Notes under the pieces: generated by a model | Told to the model about the DNA's origin: nothing | Seen by the model: the letters and a program-made list of their open reading frames with translations, nothing else | Databases searched by the model: none | Position numbers and translations under genes: made by a program | Shown here: positions 25,301 to 39,324 of the stretch, piece after piece | Layout: each line of letters opens with the position of its first letter | How positions within the stretch are numbered: the first letter of the stretch is position 1 | Origin: Octopus sinensis | Lineage: Eukaryota | DNA length: 64,000 nucleotides | Assembly: GCF_006345805.1 (NCBI RefSeq) | Contig: NC_043020.1 | Location: forward strand, 12,400,001 to 12,464,000 | Direction of reading: 5' to 3'

Positions 25301-27803
25301 CAACGCTACCATACACGTATAACATTACCACAAACATCTCAGTAGTACTACATCTTTCAAGATTCTATCCTCCGCCTTTTTCCTTATATTTCCCAACGGT
25401 ATCATAATTCAAACTTTATGCCAGAAATATCGTATTATCACATCACAAGTGTCATATTTATCGCTTAGAAAATCACATCTATTATAAAATTATAACAATT
25501 GCACCGTTATTTTCTTTCCCTCCCTTAGTATTCGCGAACGTGTGTGTATGTGTGTGTGTGTGTGTATGTGTTGGCCGACCAGCCTATTCTATGCAAATCG
25601 GGATGCTATTAGAGTTATATTTTGATAAGATACACACATATACCCACATATATATCGGTTTAGATTCAGACTCCAAATAACCAAATAATAATTGGTTTAT
25701 CTTTGATGAGAGATAATTACTCGAAACAGATCTGTAAAGAGATTGCCAATTATTGTTATTATTATTATTATTCTGCCTACTTCAATGAACAATAGAATAT
25801 TTTCAGCTTATTTCAATATCAACTAATTCTATCGAGAACAATTTGCAGGTGTTCCGTTTAGAAGAAAAAGAAAAGAAAAAATAGAAATAACATAACAAAA
25901 ATGTTGAGATTATTTTTCAGTCAAAACAAAAAAAAAACTCTTGTGTTTAAGGAACCCTGTACAGAATTTTATATGAAAATATAAAAAAAACCAAAGAAAA
26001 AAAATGTATTCTGTCGTATTAAATAATTGTTTCACTTGCATTTGTGTTATTTTTCTTTTTTGAAATGTACAGATAGGTTTTGATGAGAGAGAATATCATT
26101 AATTTCCTTCTGAATATGAAAAAGACTGTGTACAATATTAATAATTTATTTATTATTATTATTATTATTTAATTTTCAAAGGCCCCAGTCATAACCATGT
26201 TACAAAAGTTATTAAAATATTCAGAATGTGCATATAAGGTGTAAAGTGAAAAGCATATGATAAACTTCATCATATCAGAAGTTTTCCGACAAATATATAC
26301 GTTATATATATATATACCCCCTACTTTCCCTCTCCTGTCTGACCCCTCTGTCCGGCACTAGTCGCCATGATAGATCATTAGCCACAACACATATATATAT
26401 ATATCTATATATATATATATCTATATCTATATATATATATCTCTATATATATATATCTATATCTTATATATATATATCTATATATCTATATCTATAATAT
26501 ATATATATATATATCTATATCTATATATATCTATATCTATATCTATATATATCTATATCTCTATATATATATATATATATATATCTATATATATATATAT
26601 CTATATCTATATATTATATATCTATATATATATATATATATATCTATATATATATATAGATAATATCTATATCTATATATATATATATCTATATCTATTC
26701 TATATATATATATGTGGCGGTGCCCCAGCATGGCCACAGCTCATGAGCTGAAACTGGAAAAATAAAAAAAATAAAATATAAACATTTAAATAATGAGGGA
26801 GATAAATTGAGTATTAATTTAATTAATATCAATATAAAACCAGTAGCCTAGCATACAAAAATCTGAAAAATCAGAGAAAATTCTAATACATGTGTATATT
26901 TTAAGGGCTAAAAAAACCACTATCATAGCGAAAAGCGGAGGTACATTCCCTCGTTAGTTTAAAAAGATAAGAACCCTTTAGTTTTATTAGATATACCATT
27001 TTGTCTCCTTTTAGTTTCTTTGTCCCTTTTTCAATCCCCAAAGCCTCCTCCTCCTTTTCCCAGCAGTAACGAAACTAAAACCGCTCCACTCGACACTTGA
27101 AATTATGCTAAAAACTAAAAAATAAACAAAGCCGTTTTTCACTCGAAGTTGAAGCAGCGATATTTCCGGCATATTTTAAAGGAAATTCAACAACGGGTCC
27201 AGTGGTATTCATGCTGTTCCCAGAAACATTAGACCTCTGAAATGTGAACAGGTGATAGCCGAGAATAGGCAAGGGGGGTTCAATCTCAGACACGTACGCA
27301 CCCGAATGCGTGTGTGTCTGTATGTGTGTGAAAGTGTGAGTGAGAGCATTTGTGAGTGCGTGAGGATGAGAACAGCGGTATTTCGTCTGTCTCTACGTTC
27401 TGAGTTCAAATTCCGCCGTGGTCGACTTTGCCTTTCATCCTTTCGGGGTCGATAAATTAAGTACCAGTTACGCACTGGGGTCGATGCGATCGATTTAATG
27501 CCTATGTCTGTCTTTGTCCACTCTATGTTTAGCCCCTTGTGGGTAATAAAGAAATACGTTACACTTCCACTCATCTTCCATACACACGGCTAACCTACCT
27601 CGACTAAATTCACGAAAACAATGGACTGCAGTGTTTCGGGACGAAGCATATCGATTACATCGACCGCAGTGATCGAATGGTGCTCATTTCATTTACCCCG
27701 AAAAGACGACAGGCAACATCGACCGCGACAGCATTTGAATTCCGAACGTAAAGATACAGAAGAAATGTCGCTAAGCATTTTGTCCGACGGGTAAACGATT
27801 CTT

Positions 27804-28939
27804 ATTTCTTTATTGCCCGCCAGGGGCTAAACACAGAGGGGGGGGGAGACAAACAAGGACAGACAAAGGGATTAAGTCGATTATATCGACCCCAGTGCGT
27901 AACTGGTACTTAATTTATCGACCCCGAAAGGATGAAAGGCAAAGTCGACCTCGGCGGAATTTGAACTCAGAACGTAGACACAGACGAAATACCTATTTCT
28001 TTACTGCCCACAAGGGGCTAAACACAGAGGGGACAAACAAGGACAGACATAGGTATTAAGTCGATTACATCGACCCCAGTGCGTAACTGGTACTTATTTA
28101 ATCGACTCCGAAAGGATGAAAGGCAAAGTCGACCTCGGCGGAATTTGAACTCTGAACGTAACGGCAGACGAAATACCTATTTCTTTACTACCCACAAGGG
28201 GCTAAACACAGAGAGGACGAACAAGACAGACAAACGGATTAAGTCGATTATATCGACCCCAGTGCGTAACTAGTACTTAATTTATCGACCCGGAAAGGAT
28301 GAAAGGCAAAGTCGACCTCGGCGGAATTTGAACTCAGAACATAAACACAGACGAAGTACCTATTTCTTTACTACCCACAAGGGGCTACACACAGAGGGGA
28401 CAAACAAGGACAAACGGATTAGGTCGATTATATCGACCCCAGTGCGTAACTGGTACTTATTTAATCAACCCCCGAAAGGATGAGAGGCAAAGTTGTCCTC
28501 GACGGAATTTGAACTCAGAACGTAAACACAGACGAAATACCTATTTCTTTATTCCCCACAAGGGGCTAAACACAGAGAGGACAAACAAGGACAGACAAAC
28601 AAGGATAGACAAACGGATTAAGTCGATCATATCGACCCCAAAGGATGAAAGGCAAAGTCGACCTCGGGTGAATTTAAAATCAGAACGTATCGGCAGACGA
28701 AATACCTATTTCCTTACTACCCACAAGGGGCTAAACACAGAGGGGACAAACAAGGACAGACATAGGTATTAAGTCGATTACATCGACCCCAGTGCGTAGC
28801 TGGTACTTATTTAATCGGCTCCGAAAGTATGAAAGGCAAAGTCGACCTCGGCGGAATTTGAACTCTGAACGTAACGGCAGACGAAATACCGCTAAGCATT
28901 TCGCCCGGCGTCCTAACGCTTCTGCCAGCTCACCGCTCT
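27804..28939 (-). mobile_element. SINE family 2 hexamer array bounded by one 17-bp TSD
   Basis: Six ~170-190 bp units starting near 27804, 27994, 28179, 28361, 28541 and 28707, with a single head. TSD acgggta(a/g)acgattctt at 27787-27803 and 28940-28956. Confidence 0.88.
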
Positions 28940-29143
28940 ACGGGTAGACGATTCTTTCAGCCGGTCACAAAAACACAAACATCAAAGCGGATACAAAGAC
29001 GCGAAATTGTTTTGCGTACATGTGCGCATGCGATTAAGTAGGCCCACATCTAGGTGCAGGCGTGTGATAAGAAGCTGTGTGATAAGTGTTTGCCAACCAC
29101 ATGGTTCAGGGTTCAGTTCCACTGCGTAGCACCTCCTCTATTA

Positions 29144-29331
29144 CATTGTTCCGCAACCGATAGGCTGCAGCACATTGGTGTGCCGCGAGACAATGTTAGG
29201 TGTGCTGCAGTGCAACGTGGGTAAAAATTTTTCCCCCTGTGCTTCTAGTTGTATTTTTAGTTCAGGTGTGCCGCCAAATTTTGAAAAGAATGTAAGTGTG
29301 CCGCAAGTGAAAAAAGGGTTGCGGCGCACTG
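29144..29331. mobile_element. hAT/Charlie-like MITE nested in a family-1 SINE
   Basis: Imperfect TIRs cattgttccgcaacc / ggttgcggcgcactg; repeated internal gtgtgccgc; interrupts the SINE at its ttctac site. Confidence 0.65.
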
Positions 29332-30031
29332 TTCTACAATAGTCTCGGGCCGCCCAAAGCCTTGGGAATGGATGTAGTTGACGGAAACTGAAGAAAGCCC
29401 TCCGTGTGAGTGTGTGAGTGAGTGTGTGAGTGAGTGTGCGTGTGAGTGAGTGAGTGAGTGAGTGAGTGAGTGAGTGTGTGCAACCAGTACCATACTTTAA
29501 AAAATGAGTACAGGCATCGATTTGTTCTAAAATTGAAGGCAGTGCCCCAGCATGGCCGCAGTCCGATAACCGGAACACGTGAAATATCTATAAATAATAA
29601 TTTTCCAAATTTTAGCCCAAGGCCAGCAATTTCGGCGTGTGGTGGGGGTAAGTCGATAACATCAATCTCAGTACTTGATTGGTACTTATTTTATCGACCC
29701 CGAAAGGATAAAAAGTGAAGTCGACCTCGGCAGGATTTGAAATCAGAACGTAAGGATGAAATGCCGCTGAGCATTTTGTCCGACTTTCTAACGATTCTGC
29801 CATTTCGGCCCCTTAATAATAATAATAATAATAATAATATAATAGTAATAATAATAATAATAGTAATAATAATAATAATAGTAACAATAATAGTAACAAT
29901 AATAATAATAATAGTAATAATATGCACACACTCAGATAGAGAGACAAATATAAAGTGAGACTTATATACACACATATCCACATGTGTTTATGTATGTGTG
30001 TGTGTCTATGTCTATATATACATGTGTGTGC

Positions 30032-30066
<35 letters not shown>

Positions 30067-30315
30067 TGTCCCGTCCTTGTTTCCTTGTTTCTTTCTGTCC
30101 TTTTTTGTATCGTCTGTCTGGATGTTTTGTTGTCGCCTGTTACGTTCTTGTTCCATTTTTTATTTTATTTTTATGTGTGTGGTGTGTGTGTGTGGTGTGT
30201 GTGTGTGCGCGTGTCCCGTCCTGTTTCCTTGTTTCTTTCTGTCCTTTTTTGTATCGTCTGTCTGGATGTTTTGTTGTCGCCTATTACGTTCTTGTTCCAT
30301 TTTTTATTTTATTTT

Positions 30316-30351
<36 letters not shown>

Positions 30352-30610
30352 GATATATATGTGTGTGTATATGTCTGTGTATATAGATATATGTGTGTGT
30401 ATATGTCTGTGTATATATATGTGTGTGTGTGTATGTGTATATATATGTGTGTGTGTGTGTGTGTATATGTATATATGTGTGTGTGTGTATGTATATATAT
30501 GTGTGTGCGTGTGTGTGTATATATACATATGTGTGTGTGTGTTTGTATGTATATATATATGTGTGTGTGTGTGTTTGTGTATATATATATATGTGTGTGT
30601 GTGTGTGGTG

Positions 30611-30646
<36 letters not shown>

Positions 30647-30649
30647 GTG

Positions 30650-30688
<39 letters not shown>

Positions 30689-30932
30689 TTGTGTGTATAT
30701 ATATATATGTATGTGTTTGTGTGTGTATATATATATATGTGTGTGTGTGTGTGCAAATTTAGAGAGAAATATAGAAATGTGAGTGCGCGCGTATGTGTGT
30801 GTGTGTATATATATATATATATGAGAACAGGGAAATATAGATATGTGAGCACATTTGTATATGTATATCATATACACACACAAATATATATAGAGAGACA
30901 CGGGAGATATAGATATCTTAACGCGCGCACAT

Positions 30933-30964
<32 letters not shown>

Positions 30965-31059
30965 GATATAGATATACATAAATATACATGCACACACATG
31001 CACAGAAACACACAAACACATAAGCGCGCGCTCATGCTCACACAGACACACACGGTGAG

Positions 31060-31140
31060 TAGAGAGCCTCGCTCCGAGTTCAGCTTGTTTGCCGCTTGCA
31101 GAGTGTAGCGTGTGTCGCACTCGGGCAGCTCAGTCAGTGG
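31060..31140 (+). promoter_or_regulatory. Possible core promoter/TSS region of the USP gene
   Basis: Unique GC-richer island directly after a microsatellite block, with Inr-like tcagtc at ~31130, about 360 nt upstream of the ATG. Inference only. Confidence 0.25.
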
Positions 31141-31493
31141 AAGCAAGCAAGTAGTGGAAGCTGGTTGTTGTTTTCTGTATTAGCAGTCGCTCCATAATAA
31201 CAATAATAACAGCAACAACATACCACAACAACATTAATAATAATACTAACATCGTCGTCATTATTATTATTTCAAGAAGCAGTGTGGAAGATCTACGTAC
31301 ATTTGGAAACTGGTTATTCTTAAAATAAGACCGAGATAATCGTAAGCCGTCAGTCAACAGATATCGTTCCCATTTTCTCTTTCACTATTCGGAGTGTATA
31401 TAAATAGAAATATATATATTATATATATATATAACGGAGTATATAATATATAATATATATATATATCGATATATAAATAATAATATATTTACG

Positions 31494-31569
31494 ATGGCGA
31501 CGACAGGTGAAAAACGAAATGTCATTTTAGCAATGGATGGAAGCGAGCATTCCAATTTTGCTTTAGAAT
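31494..31569 (+). CDS. Universal stress protein (USP/UspA-like domain), first coding exon
   Basis: ATG...GAA T|gtaagt encodes MATTGEKRNVILAMDGSEHSNFALE+T. This matches the USP beta1-alpha1 motif (hhhh-D-G-S-x-x-S-x-x-A-h-x-W). Perfect donor, phase 1. Confidence 0.82.
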
Positions 31570-31768
31570 GTAAGTAAATTTGGATTTTTTTATTTAATAA
31601 TTCGCTTTTTCTTTTTTTTTGTGTGTGTCTCTCTTTCTTTCTTTCTTTCTCTCTCTCCCGCTTTGTCTGTTGTGTTTTGTGTATGTTTTTACTCTCTGGA
31701 ATTAAGAAGCGTCATGCGTGTGAGTGCGTTTGTGTGTGTGTGTGTGTGTGTTTTTCTTTCAAACTGAA

Positions 31769-31806
<38 letters not shown>

Positions 31807-31820
31807 TCTTTCAAACTGAA

Positions 31821-31858
<38 letters not shown>

Positions 31859-32059
31859 TGTGTGGGTTTAAATTCGAGCTTTGTCTTGTGCTTTTTTCAT
31901 GATACCGCTGTATGACATACACACACACCACACACACACACACATTATCTCTCGCATACACTCTCACACCACAACACACACATATATGTATTCCCCCCAC
32001 TTCACACACACGGACACATTCTCTCCCTCCCCCCACACACTCCACAGTCACACACTCTC

Positions 32060-32127
32060 ACAGTGTGTGTGTTTGTGTATGTGTTTGTGTGTGTCTCTCT
32101 ATCTCTCTCTCTCTCACACACACACAG

Positions 32128-32164
<37 letters not shown>

Positions 32165-32570
32165 GTCTCTCTCTCTCTCTCACATACACACTGTCCCTCT
32201 CTCTCTCACACACACACTGTCCCTCTCTCTATCATACATACACACACAACACAATATCTGTCACACACACAGAGTCTCTCTCTCTCGCACACACAGTCTC
32301 TCTCTCTCTCTCTCTCACACACACTGCCCCTCTTTCTATCATACATACACACACACAACACAATATCTGTCACACACACGCACACACAGTCCCTCTCTCT
32401 CACACACACATACACTGTCCCTCCCTCTATCATACATACACACACACAACACAATATCTGTCACACACACGCACACACAGTCCCTCTCTCTCACACATAC
32501 ATACACTGTCCCTCCATCTATCATACATACACACACAACACAATATCTCTCTCACACACACTCAATACAC
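32060..32570. repeat. Compound (CT)/(CA)-derived minisatellite, ~65-85 bp unit x ~4-5
   Basis: Recurrent actgtccctc...tatcatacatacacacacaacacaatatctgtcacacacac. Confidence 0.85.
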
Positions 32571-33034
32571 ACGGAGGTTTTGCGTTATATTATCTAAACG
32601 AAAATTCAGATGATGCCTACAAAAGGTGATGACAAACACAAATACACATTTATTTATTTATTAGTGGGAGCCGCTTATAGTAATCACTTTGGGATGACGC
32701 CTTTCCGATTACAATAACCGGTCCAAAGCATTACCCGTGGTTATAATAAGCAACCTTCATGTGTGCGTGTGTAAAAAGATTTCACGCCTCCATTAAGTAA
32801 GAAACAAAAAAACTCCAGCCCCCATCCAACAATCGATGCCGTCTCTGCTAGAATTCAAGGAAGTCTGTCAATGGGTTATATAAACAGAATGTGATGCCAC
32901 CAACCTGGAACGTAATGAATACCAAGATCTAACCTTCTGTGACATGAAGATGCTAATAATAGAAGTACCGATGATGCGGGTGTATGTAAGTGTATGTATA
33001 TATATATATATATATATGCACACACATACACAAA

Positions 33035-33255
33035 CGAACGGGTACTGAAAAGTTCTTGGCTTTGGGTAAATGAAAATACAGCTGGGTTAGTTAATTATGA
33101 TTTTATTCAACATATTTACCCCTCAGATGCACGCACTTATTGCAACGGTCCTTCAGTTTTTCTAAGCCTTGTGAAAGAACTCGTACGGTTAGGCCTCCAT
33201 CAAGGCCTTTCGCGATTCTCTTAAAGCCAGGAGCTTTTCAGCACCACCCCCATCA
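33035..33255 (-). mobile_element. Mariner-derived MITE (~220 bp)
   Basis: TIRs gggtactgaaaagttcttggcttt / aaagccaggagcttttcagcaccaccc; the minus strand retains a transposase C-terminus FFHKGLEKLKDRCNKCVHLRGKYVE*. Confidence 0.78.
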
Positions 33256-34613
33256 CATGTGTGTGTGTGTGTGTATTTAATATCAAAATTTGGCAGAATA
33301 CCATCTTTTCTAAGTGGAACGACATCGAGGTGGTGTGAACCTTGGTGGTTTTCATGCATGTTCTCCAAAGACATCTATATAACTTTGCCTGATTTTGGGA
33401 ATACCAATTCCTTGAAGTCCCTTACCTCATGGGGAAAGAATAGAGCATTTTTTAAATATACTTTTCCACTTTTTCCTTGTTAGTATTTTCGTGTTTCAGA
33501 CAACGGAAATTACGATATTGAGGTCGGGTAAAGAATCTCTTTTCGGAAAATTTTATTTCTTTTTTCCCCACATTTTTACCAAGCAACTGGTATCTCGTTA
33601 CTTTTCCCATGCGACATGGAACTTCGAAAGCTAGTTATCCCTAAACCCTGCAGTAACTTTATCCACTAATATAGTCGGGCCCAGTGAGAGTGATACTTCG
33701 ATCATCACCACTCACAAAGTTATATAACATAATTTCACGTTCCCTTGTTAATCCTGTCCGTACCAGCTCTTTGACTGCGACCAAAGTTAGTCGCTGAGAT
33801 ACCTAAAGCAAACCTATATCGACTTCAGTTTTAAAGGACTTCAGTTTCTAGGTCATATTCTAAGAACTGTAGCAATGGACATAAATCATCTCACAAGAAG
33901 TTCCGTCAATGCTTTGGCATTCACAACAGTTGGGGATATTTTCAACACCTCAGGTAGCAAACCAACGATTTCCTCGTTGCAAACCCAGTCTTAAAAGTCA
34001 ATTATTAACAAACTAATTCCTTATTTCCATTCAAGAATCTCTAAATTGCCGTAATTTCATTAAGAGTAAACCAGGTTTTCTTTTAATACAAGAATATGAA
34101 GACATGCTTGTATCGATCGTCTTACCAACCAAAAGCCTTATTTGCATATTTTATGATTATTATAACGCATATTAAAGTACAACCTTTTGCTTTTCACAAG
34201 AAAATGTTGTGATGTCCCTGCCTTTTCGAACGTGTTAATTTAAATTGGAGATACCTTTCACCAAGGATTGAAACTGCCTTGTAGATTGTTGAACGTTTAC
34301 TCCCACCCCACCAAATCATAAATAATACCTTCAAATTTGGGTACTAGGTCAGCAATTTTAGAGGGAGGGGTGACGTCGATTACATCGATCTCAATGCTTG
34401 ATTGATACTTTATCGACCCCGAATGGATATGAAAAGTAAAGTCGACCACGGCGGAATTCGAACTTAGAACGTAAAGAGTCGGAAGGAGTACCGCTATGCA
34501 TTTTTGTCTGAAGCGCTAACGATTCTGCCCAACACCGTCCATCATATTATAATTAATAATTACAAATCAGCGGATGGGGGGAGGCCTTTGCATGGTTACT
34601 CGACCCCCTCGAG

Positions 34614-34840
34614 CAGAGAGGTCCTCAACAGGGGGTCCATATAAATTTTTTTTTTAATTTATCTACTATAAATTGCTTAGACTTCAACAATTGACAACAT
34701 ATTTGAACACTTTTTTATACAAAAATATTTAATCAAATAAATAAAGTTTTTAGACATCGAATGCCTATCAGGGTCCCTCCCGCCCCAAGTAAAATAATAA
34801 TCCAAAGGGTTCACGGGTAAAAAATAGTTGAGAACCACTT
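34614..34840. mobile_element. hAT/Charlie-like MITE inserted in an older SINE
   Basis: Right end gttgagaaccactt and left end cagagaggtcctcaac (degenerate CAGTGGTTCTCAAC); flanks ctcgag / ctctag. Confidence 0.6.
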
Positions 34841-35474
34841 CTCTAGAAATAGCTCTCAAATCTCCCTCAAATCAAACCCTGTTATCTTAAGTAACGGAGA
34901 TGGATAATCTGGTCATCGATCTCCCATAAAAAGGGGATAGTCCAAACCCTGTTATCTTAAGCAACGGAGATGGATAATCTGGCAATCGAACTCATAAAGA
35001 GGGGACAGTCATGACTGGAATACATTTGATCATTATTGGCCCAAAATTTTACCTGGTGTTAAAACGACATAACGCTTCTGCAAGGCCAAATATTGTAGAT
35101 GTCAGTAGTATAGTCGGGTGTGTACACCCTGGTACGTTATTGGTGTTTTGCTTATCTTTCTCGAAAGGGGGAAATTCAAGGTGTGTGAACTCAAATCGCA
35201 AAAGTATGTAATTATTTAGCACAAAGTCACTACCAATTCCGCCACTTCAGTAAGTTCAGTCGTTTGTGTGCTTGTGTTTATCCATTGTTATGTCCACACC
35301 ACTGCACCAATTCTGATCTTTCTGTATCGGATTATTATTAGCTGGGCTTCCGGAATGGCTAGTTTCACCTTCATAAAGGAAAAGTATTTTTAAAAAAAGT
35401 GAAAGAGAAAAGAAAAGAAAAAAAAAAGCCCCTCCACTCATGTTCTGGATTCAAGTCCCGCGGGAGACGACTTA

Positions 35475-36139
35475 TACACACACACATACAAACAAGCACA
35501 CACAAACAACACACACACACACACACATACATACAAGCACACACACACACACACCCACCCACAAAGCACACACATAAGCATACACACATACACACACATA
35601 CAAGCACACACACATACATTCAAACACACATACATACAAGCAAACACAGACACACACACATACAAGCAAACACACACACACACACACACCACATACAAGC
35701 AAACACACACACCACACACACACATACAAGCAAACACACACACACACACACACACATACAAGCAAACACACACACACACACAACACATACAAGCAAAACA
35801 CACCACACACACACACACACATACAAGCAAACACACACACACACCACACACACACACACCACACACCACACACCACACACAAGTAAACACACACACCCAC
35901 AAGCAAACACACACACACACACACACACACCACACAAGCAAACACACACACACATACAAGCACACACACACACAACACACATACAAGCAAACACACACAC
36001 ACATACACACACATACAAGCAACACACACACACACAACACACACACACAAGCAACACACACACACACACACACATAAGCAAACACACACACACACACACC
36101 ACACCACACACACACACAAGTAAACACACACACACCCAC

Positions 36140-36175
<36 letters not shown>

Positions 36176-36331
36176 GCAAACACACACACACACACATACA
36201 AGCAAACACACACAACACACATACAAGCAAACACACACACACATACACACATAAGCAAACACACACACACACACACACATACAAGCAAACACACACACAA
36301 CACACACACATAAGCAAACACACACACACAC

Positions 36332-36403
<72 letters not shown>

Positions 36404-36450
36404 AGCAAACACACACACACATATATATATATATAAATAAACACACACGC
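35475..36450. repeat. ~1 kb CA-rich compound repeat with recurrent acatacaagcaaac unit
   Basis: Directly visible. Confidence 0.92.
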
Positions 36451-36825
36451 ACGTTCAACACTATTGCTGCAGACATAACTGTGTTTTAAAAAGTTCACTT
36501 TGTCACAACGTTGTTTTGAGTTCAAATCAATTGTGCGATACCTCGAACGAATATCTTCTATCAGAGCCAGGGACCAGCCAAAGACTTATGGTTAGAATTT
36601 GGTCGACAGAAACTGTGTCGGAACCCGTGAACGAGATAATTCCTTCTCTTGCTTGTTGAACTTAGTCATCCTATTAAACCCCACCCAAATACCCTCGGGT
36701 ACCTCAAGCAGATACCCCTCTCTCTGCTGCATTCAGGAGAAATTTCCAGTGAAAGGATTACCTCGTCCCATCGTTCCAGGTTTTTCGACTCATTAAGAAA
36801 TTGTCATAAATATATAAGTATATAG

Positions 36826-37345
36826 ACGCAGGAGTGGCTGTGTGGTAAGTAGCTTGCTAACCAACCACATGGTTCCGGGTTCAGTCCCACTGCGTGGCAT
36901 CTTGGGCAAGTGTCTTCTGCTATAGCCCCGGGCCGACCAATGCCTTGTGAGTGGATTTGGTAGACGGAAACTGAAAGAAGCCTGTCGTATATATGTATAT
37001 ATATGTATGTGTGTGTTTGCGTGTCTGTGTTTGTCCCCTTAGCATTGCTTGACAACCGATGCTGGTGTGTTTACGTCCCCGTCACTTAGCGGTTCGGCAA
37101 AAGAGACCGATAGAAGCCTGTCGTATATATGTATATTTATGTATATGTATGTATGTGTATATGTTTGCATGTCTGTGTTTGTCCCCCTAGCATTGCTTGA
37201 CAACCGATGCTGGTGTGTTTACGTCCCCGTCACTTAGTGGTTCGGCACTGGGCTTACAGAAGAATAAGTCCTGAGGGTCGATTTGCTCGACTAAAGGCGG
37301 TGCTCCAGCATGGCCGCTGTCAAAATGACTGAAACAAGTAAAAAG
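36826..37345 (+). mobile_element. SINE family 1 with internal ~130-bp duplication
   Basis: The segment gaagcctgtcgtatat...gcggttcggca is repeated within the element. Confidence 0.88.
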
Positions 37346-39324
37346 AAAGAAAAACAAACAAACAGAAAGACCAGTTGTACCCCGAGAGCAATTCAATTGA
37401 GGCTGCCTCATCCGTGTAAAGATGAAGTCCGAGATAAAATATGTGGCAGAGAGAGAGAGGGAGAGTAAGAGAGATAGAGAGAGAGAAAGAGGCGGACAAG
37501 GAATATGAGCGAGTGATTGAGCAACACTACTTATCATAAAGAGGAAAACTCCTTTCCAAATGAAACTGTAGTTGTGATTTTTCATACATGCTCAGATACA
37601 CACACACACATAGATAGATACAGACGCACACAAGCAGATTGACACATACATGTACACACACACACATACGCGCAATACAAAGTTTAAAATATATAGACAC
37701 ACATACACATGTATATATTATGTATGTATTATGTATGTATATATACACATATATACACACGGCGTTTCGATTCTGTTTCATGAAATCACATCACCTCATT
37801 TGCTGATCTAAAAATAGATTGCTTTGAACCTAAACGCACGCGCGCACACAACACAACACAAGACGAGTTCAAATCCCGTAGAAAGTAGCTTTGTCTCGTC
37901 ATTTCAGGGTCGATAGAATAAATTACAAGCCAATTAACGATGTAGTGATGACATCGACTAATCCCCTTCCTCCTCAAAATCGATGGCCTTGTGCCAAATT
38001 TTGAAAGAATTATTATTATTATTATTATTATTATTATGTGCTGGCCGAATCATTAGCACTCCGAACAAAATGCTTAGCGGCATTTCGTTCGTCTTTAGGC
38101 TCTGAGTTCAAATCCTGCTGAGCTCGAATTTGCCTTTCATCTTTTTGGTGTCGGTAAAATAAGTACCAGTTGAACACTGGGGTCGATGTAATAGACTTGC
38201 CTCTGCCCAGAGCTTGCTGGCCTTATGCCAAAATTTGAATAATAATAATAATAATAATTATTATTATTATTATTATTATTAAGGCGGTAAGCTGGCAGAA
38301 CTGTTAGCACGCCGGGCAAAGTGCTTAGCGGCATTTCGCTCGTCTTTACGTTCCGCGTTCAAATTCCGTCGAGATCGACAAGCCTCTTCCCTCCTCATTT
38401 CAGACTCTTTTTTGCCTAAAGTAGGAAGTATTATTATTGTGGCATGCTGGCAGTATCGTCAGAGCGTCGGAAATGTGTTCAGTGGAATTTCTTCTGACTT
38501 TCTATGTTCTGAGGCCAATTTTGGTATTTCATTCTTTCGGGGTCGATAAAATAAAGAACTTGTCAAATGCTGGGGTCAATATAATCGACGATTCTGTAAC
38601 ATTATATGCTATTCAAGATAACACCGTACAATGTTATATCTTTTCACCTTTACGTTCCGAGTTCAAATCCCGTTGAGAGATTTTTCGTCATCCATAGTAA
38701 CTTATTTCCCTACCTTACATCTTCCCAATGTTGATAAAAATCAAATACCAGTCATTCACTGCGGTCGATATGCATAACTAACCGCCCACCAAGGTATATG
38801 ACCGTGTGTTTATACTAGAAGCCAATAAATTTGGTGGGGTATAGAAGATACATAAGTGGAGGGATATTTCTTGATTACGCGAGTTGATAGCTATTCAGAA
38901 TATTGGCAAATGTTTTGATATATTATAAAGATTTGCCTTGTGAGTCCAAATATATCCAGATTCGATAACTGAAATACCAGTTATATATTGTGGGTACGCC
39001 AATGAAGTCAATCACACGTTTCAGTCGTGACACAGTGCATCATTTTTCTTCTTTATATCTCTGCGTTGTGTCTGCTAACTTTGCTAAAACGGTTGGTTGT
39101 GGACTTGAACGATCTCATCTTTAGAGACAACTGGGGAAAACAATGGACGTGTTTCAGTTTAATTGCGCCTCTTCAGTGAAGCATATTATACTCAATCGAT
39201 TAAATTTATTAGTGATCAATACATGCGCGCGCACACACACACACACAGGTGCCTTATAATGACGGCACACATTTCAAACAAGTATCTAGAGCTGGGACAA
39301 TGTCTATAATACATAACGCCATGA

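Noticed and set aside
27804-28939. Regular ~180-bp repeats as a CRISPR array or tRNA gene cluster
   Set aside because: The units are whole SINE bodies with no unique spacers and no complete cloverleaf.
29955-31146. Long VCVCVYIY / HTHTYI ORFs (also at 35399-36525, 44407-45227, 47809-48648 and 52332-53065)
   Set aside because: These are translations of dinucleotide microsatellites that lack stop codons.
39140-39180. Minus-strand CTGAAGA...GAAACACGTC as a hammerhead
   Set aside because: Stems I and II do not pair.
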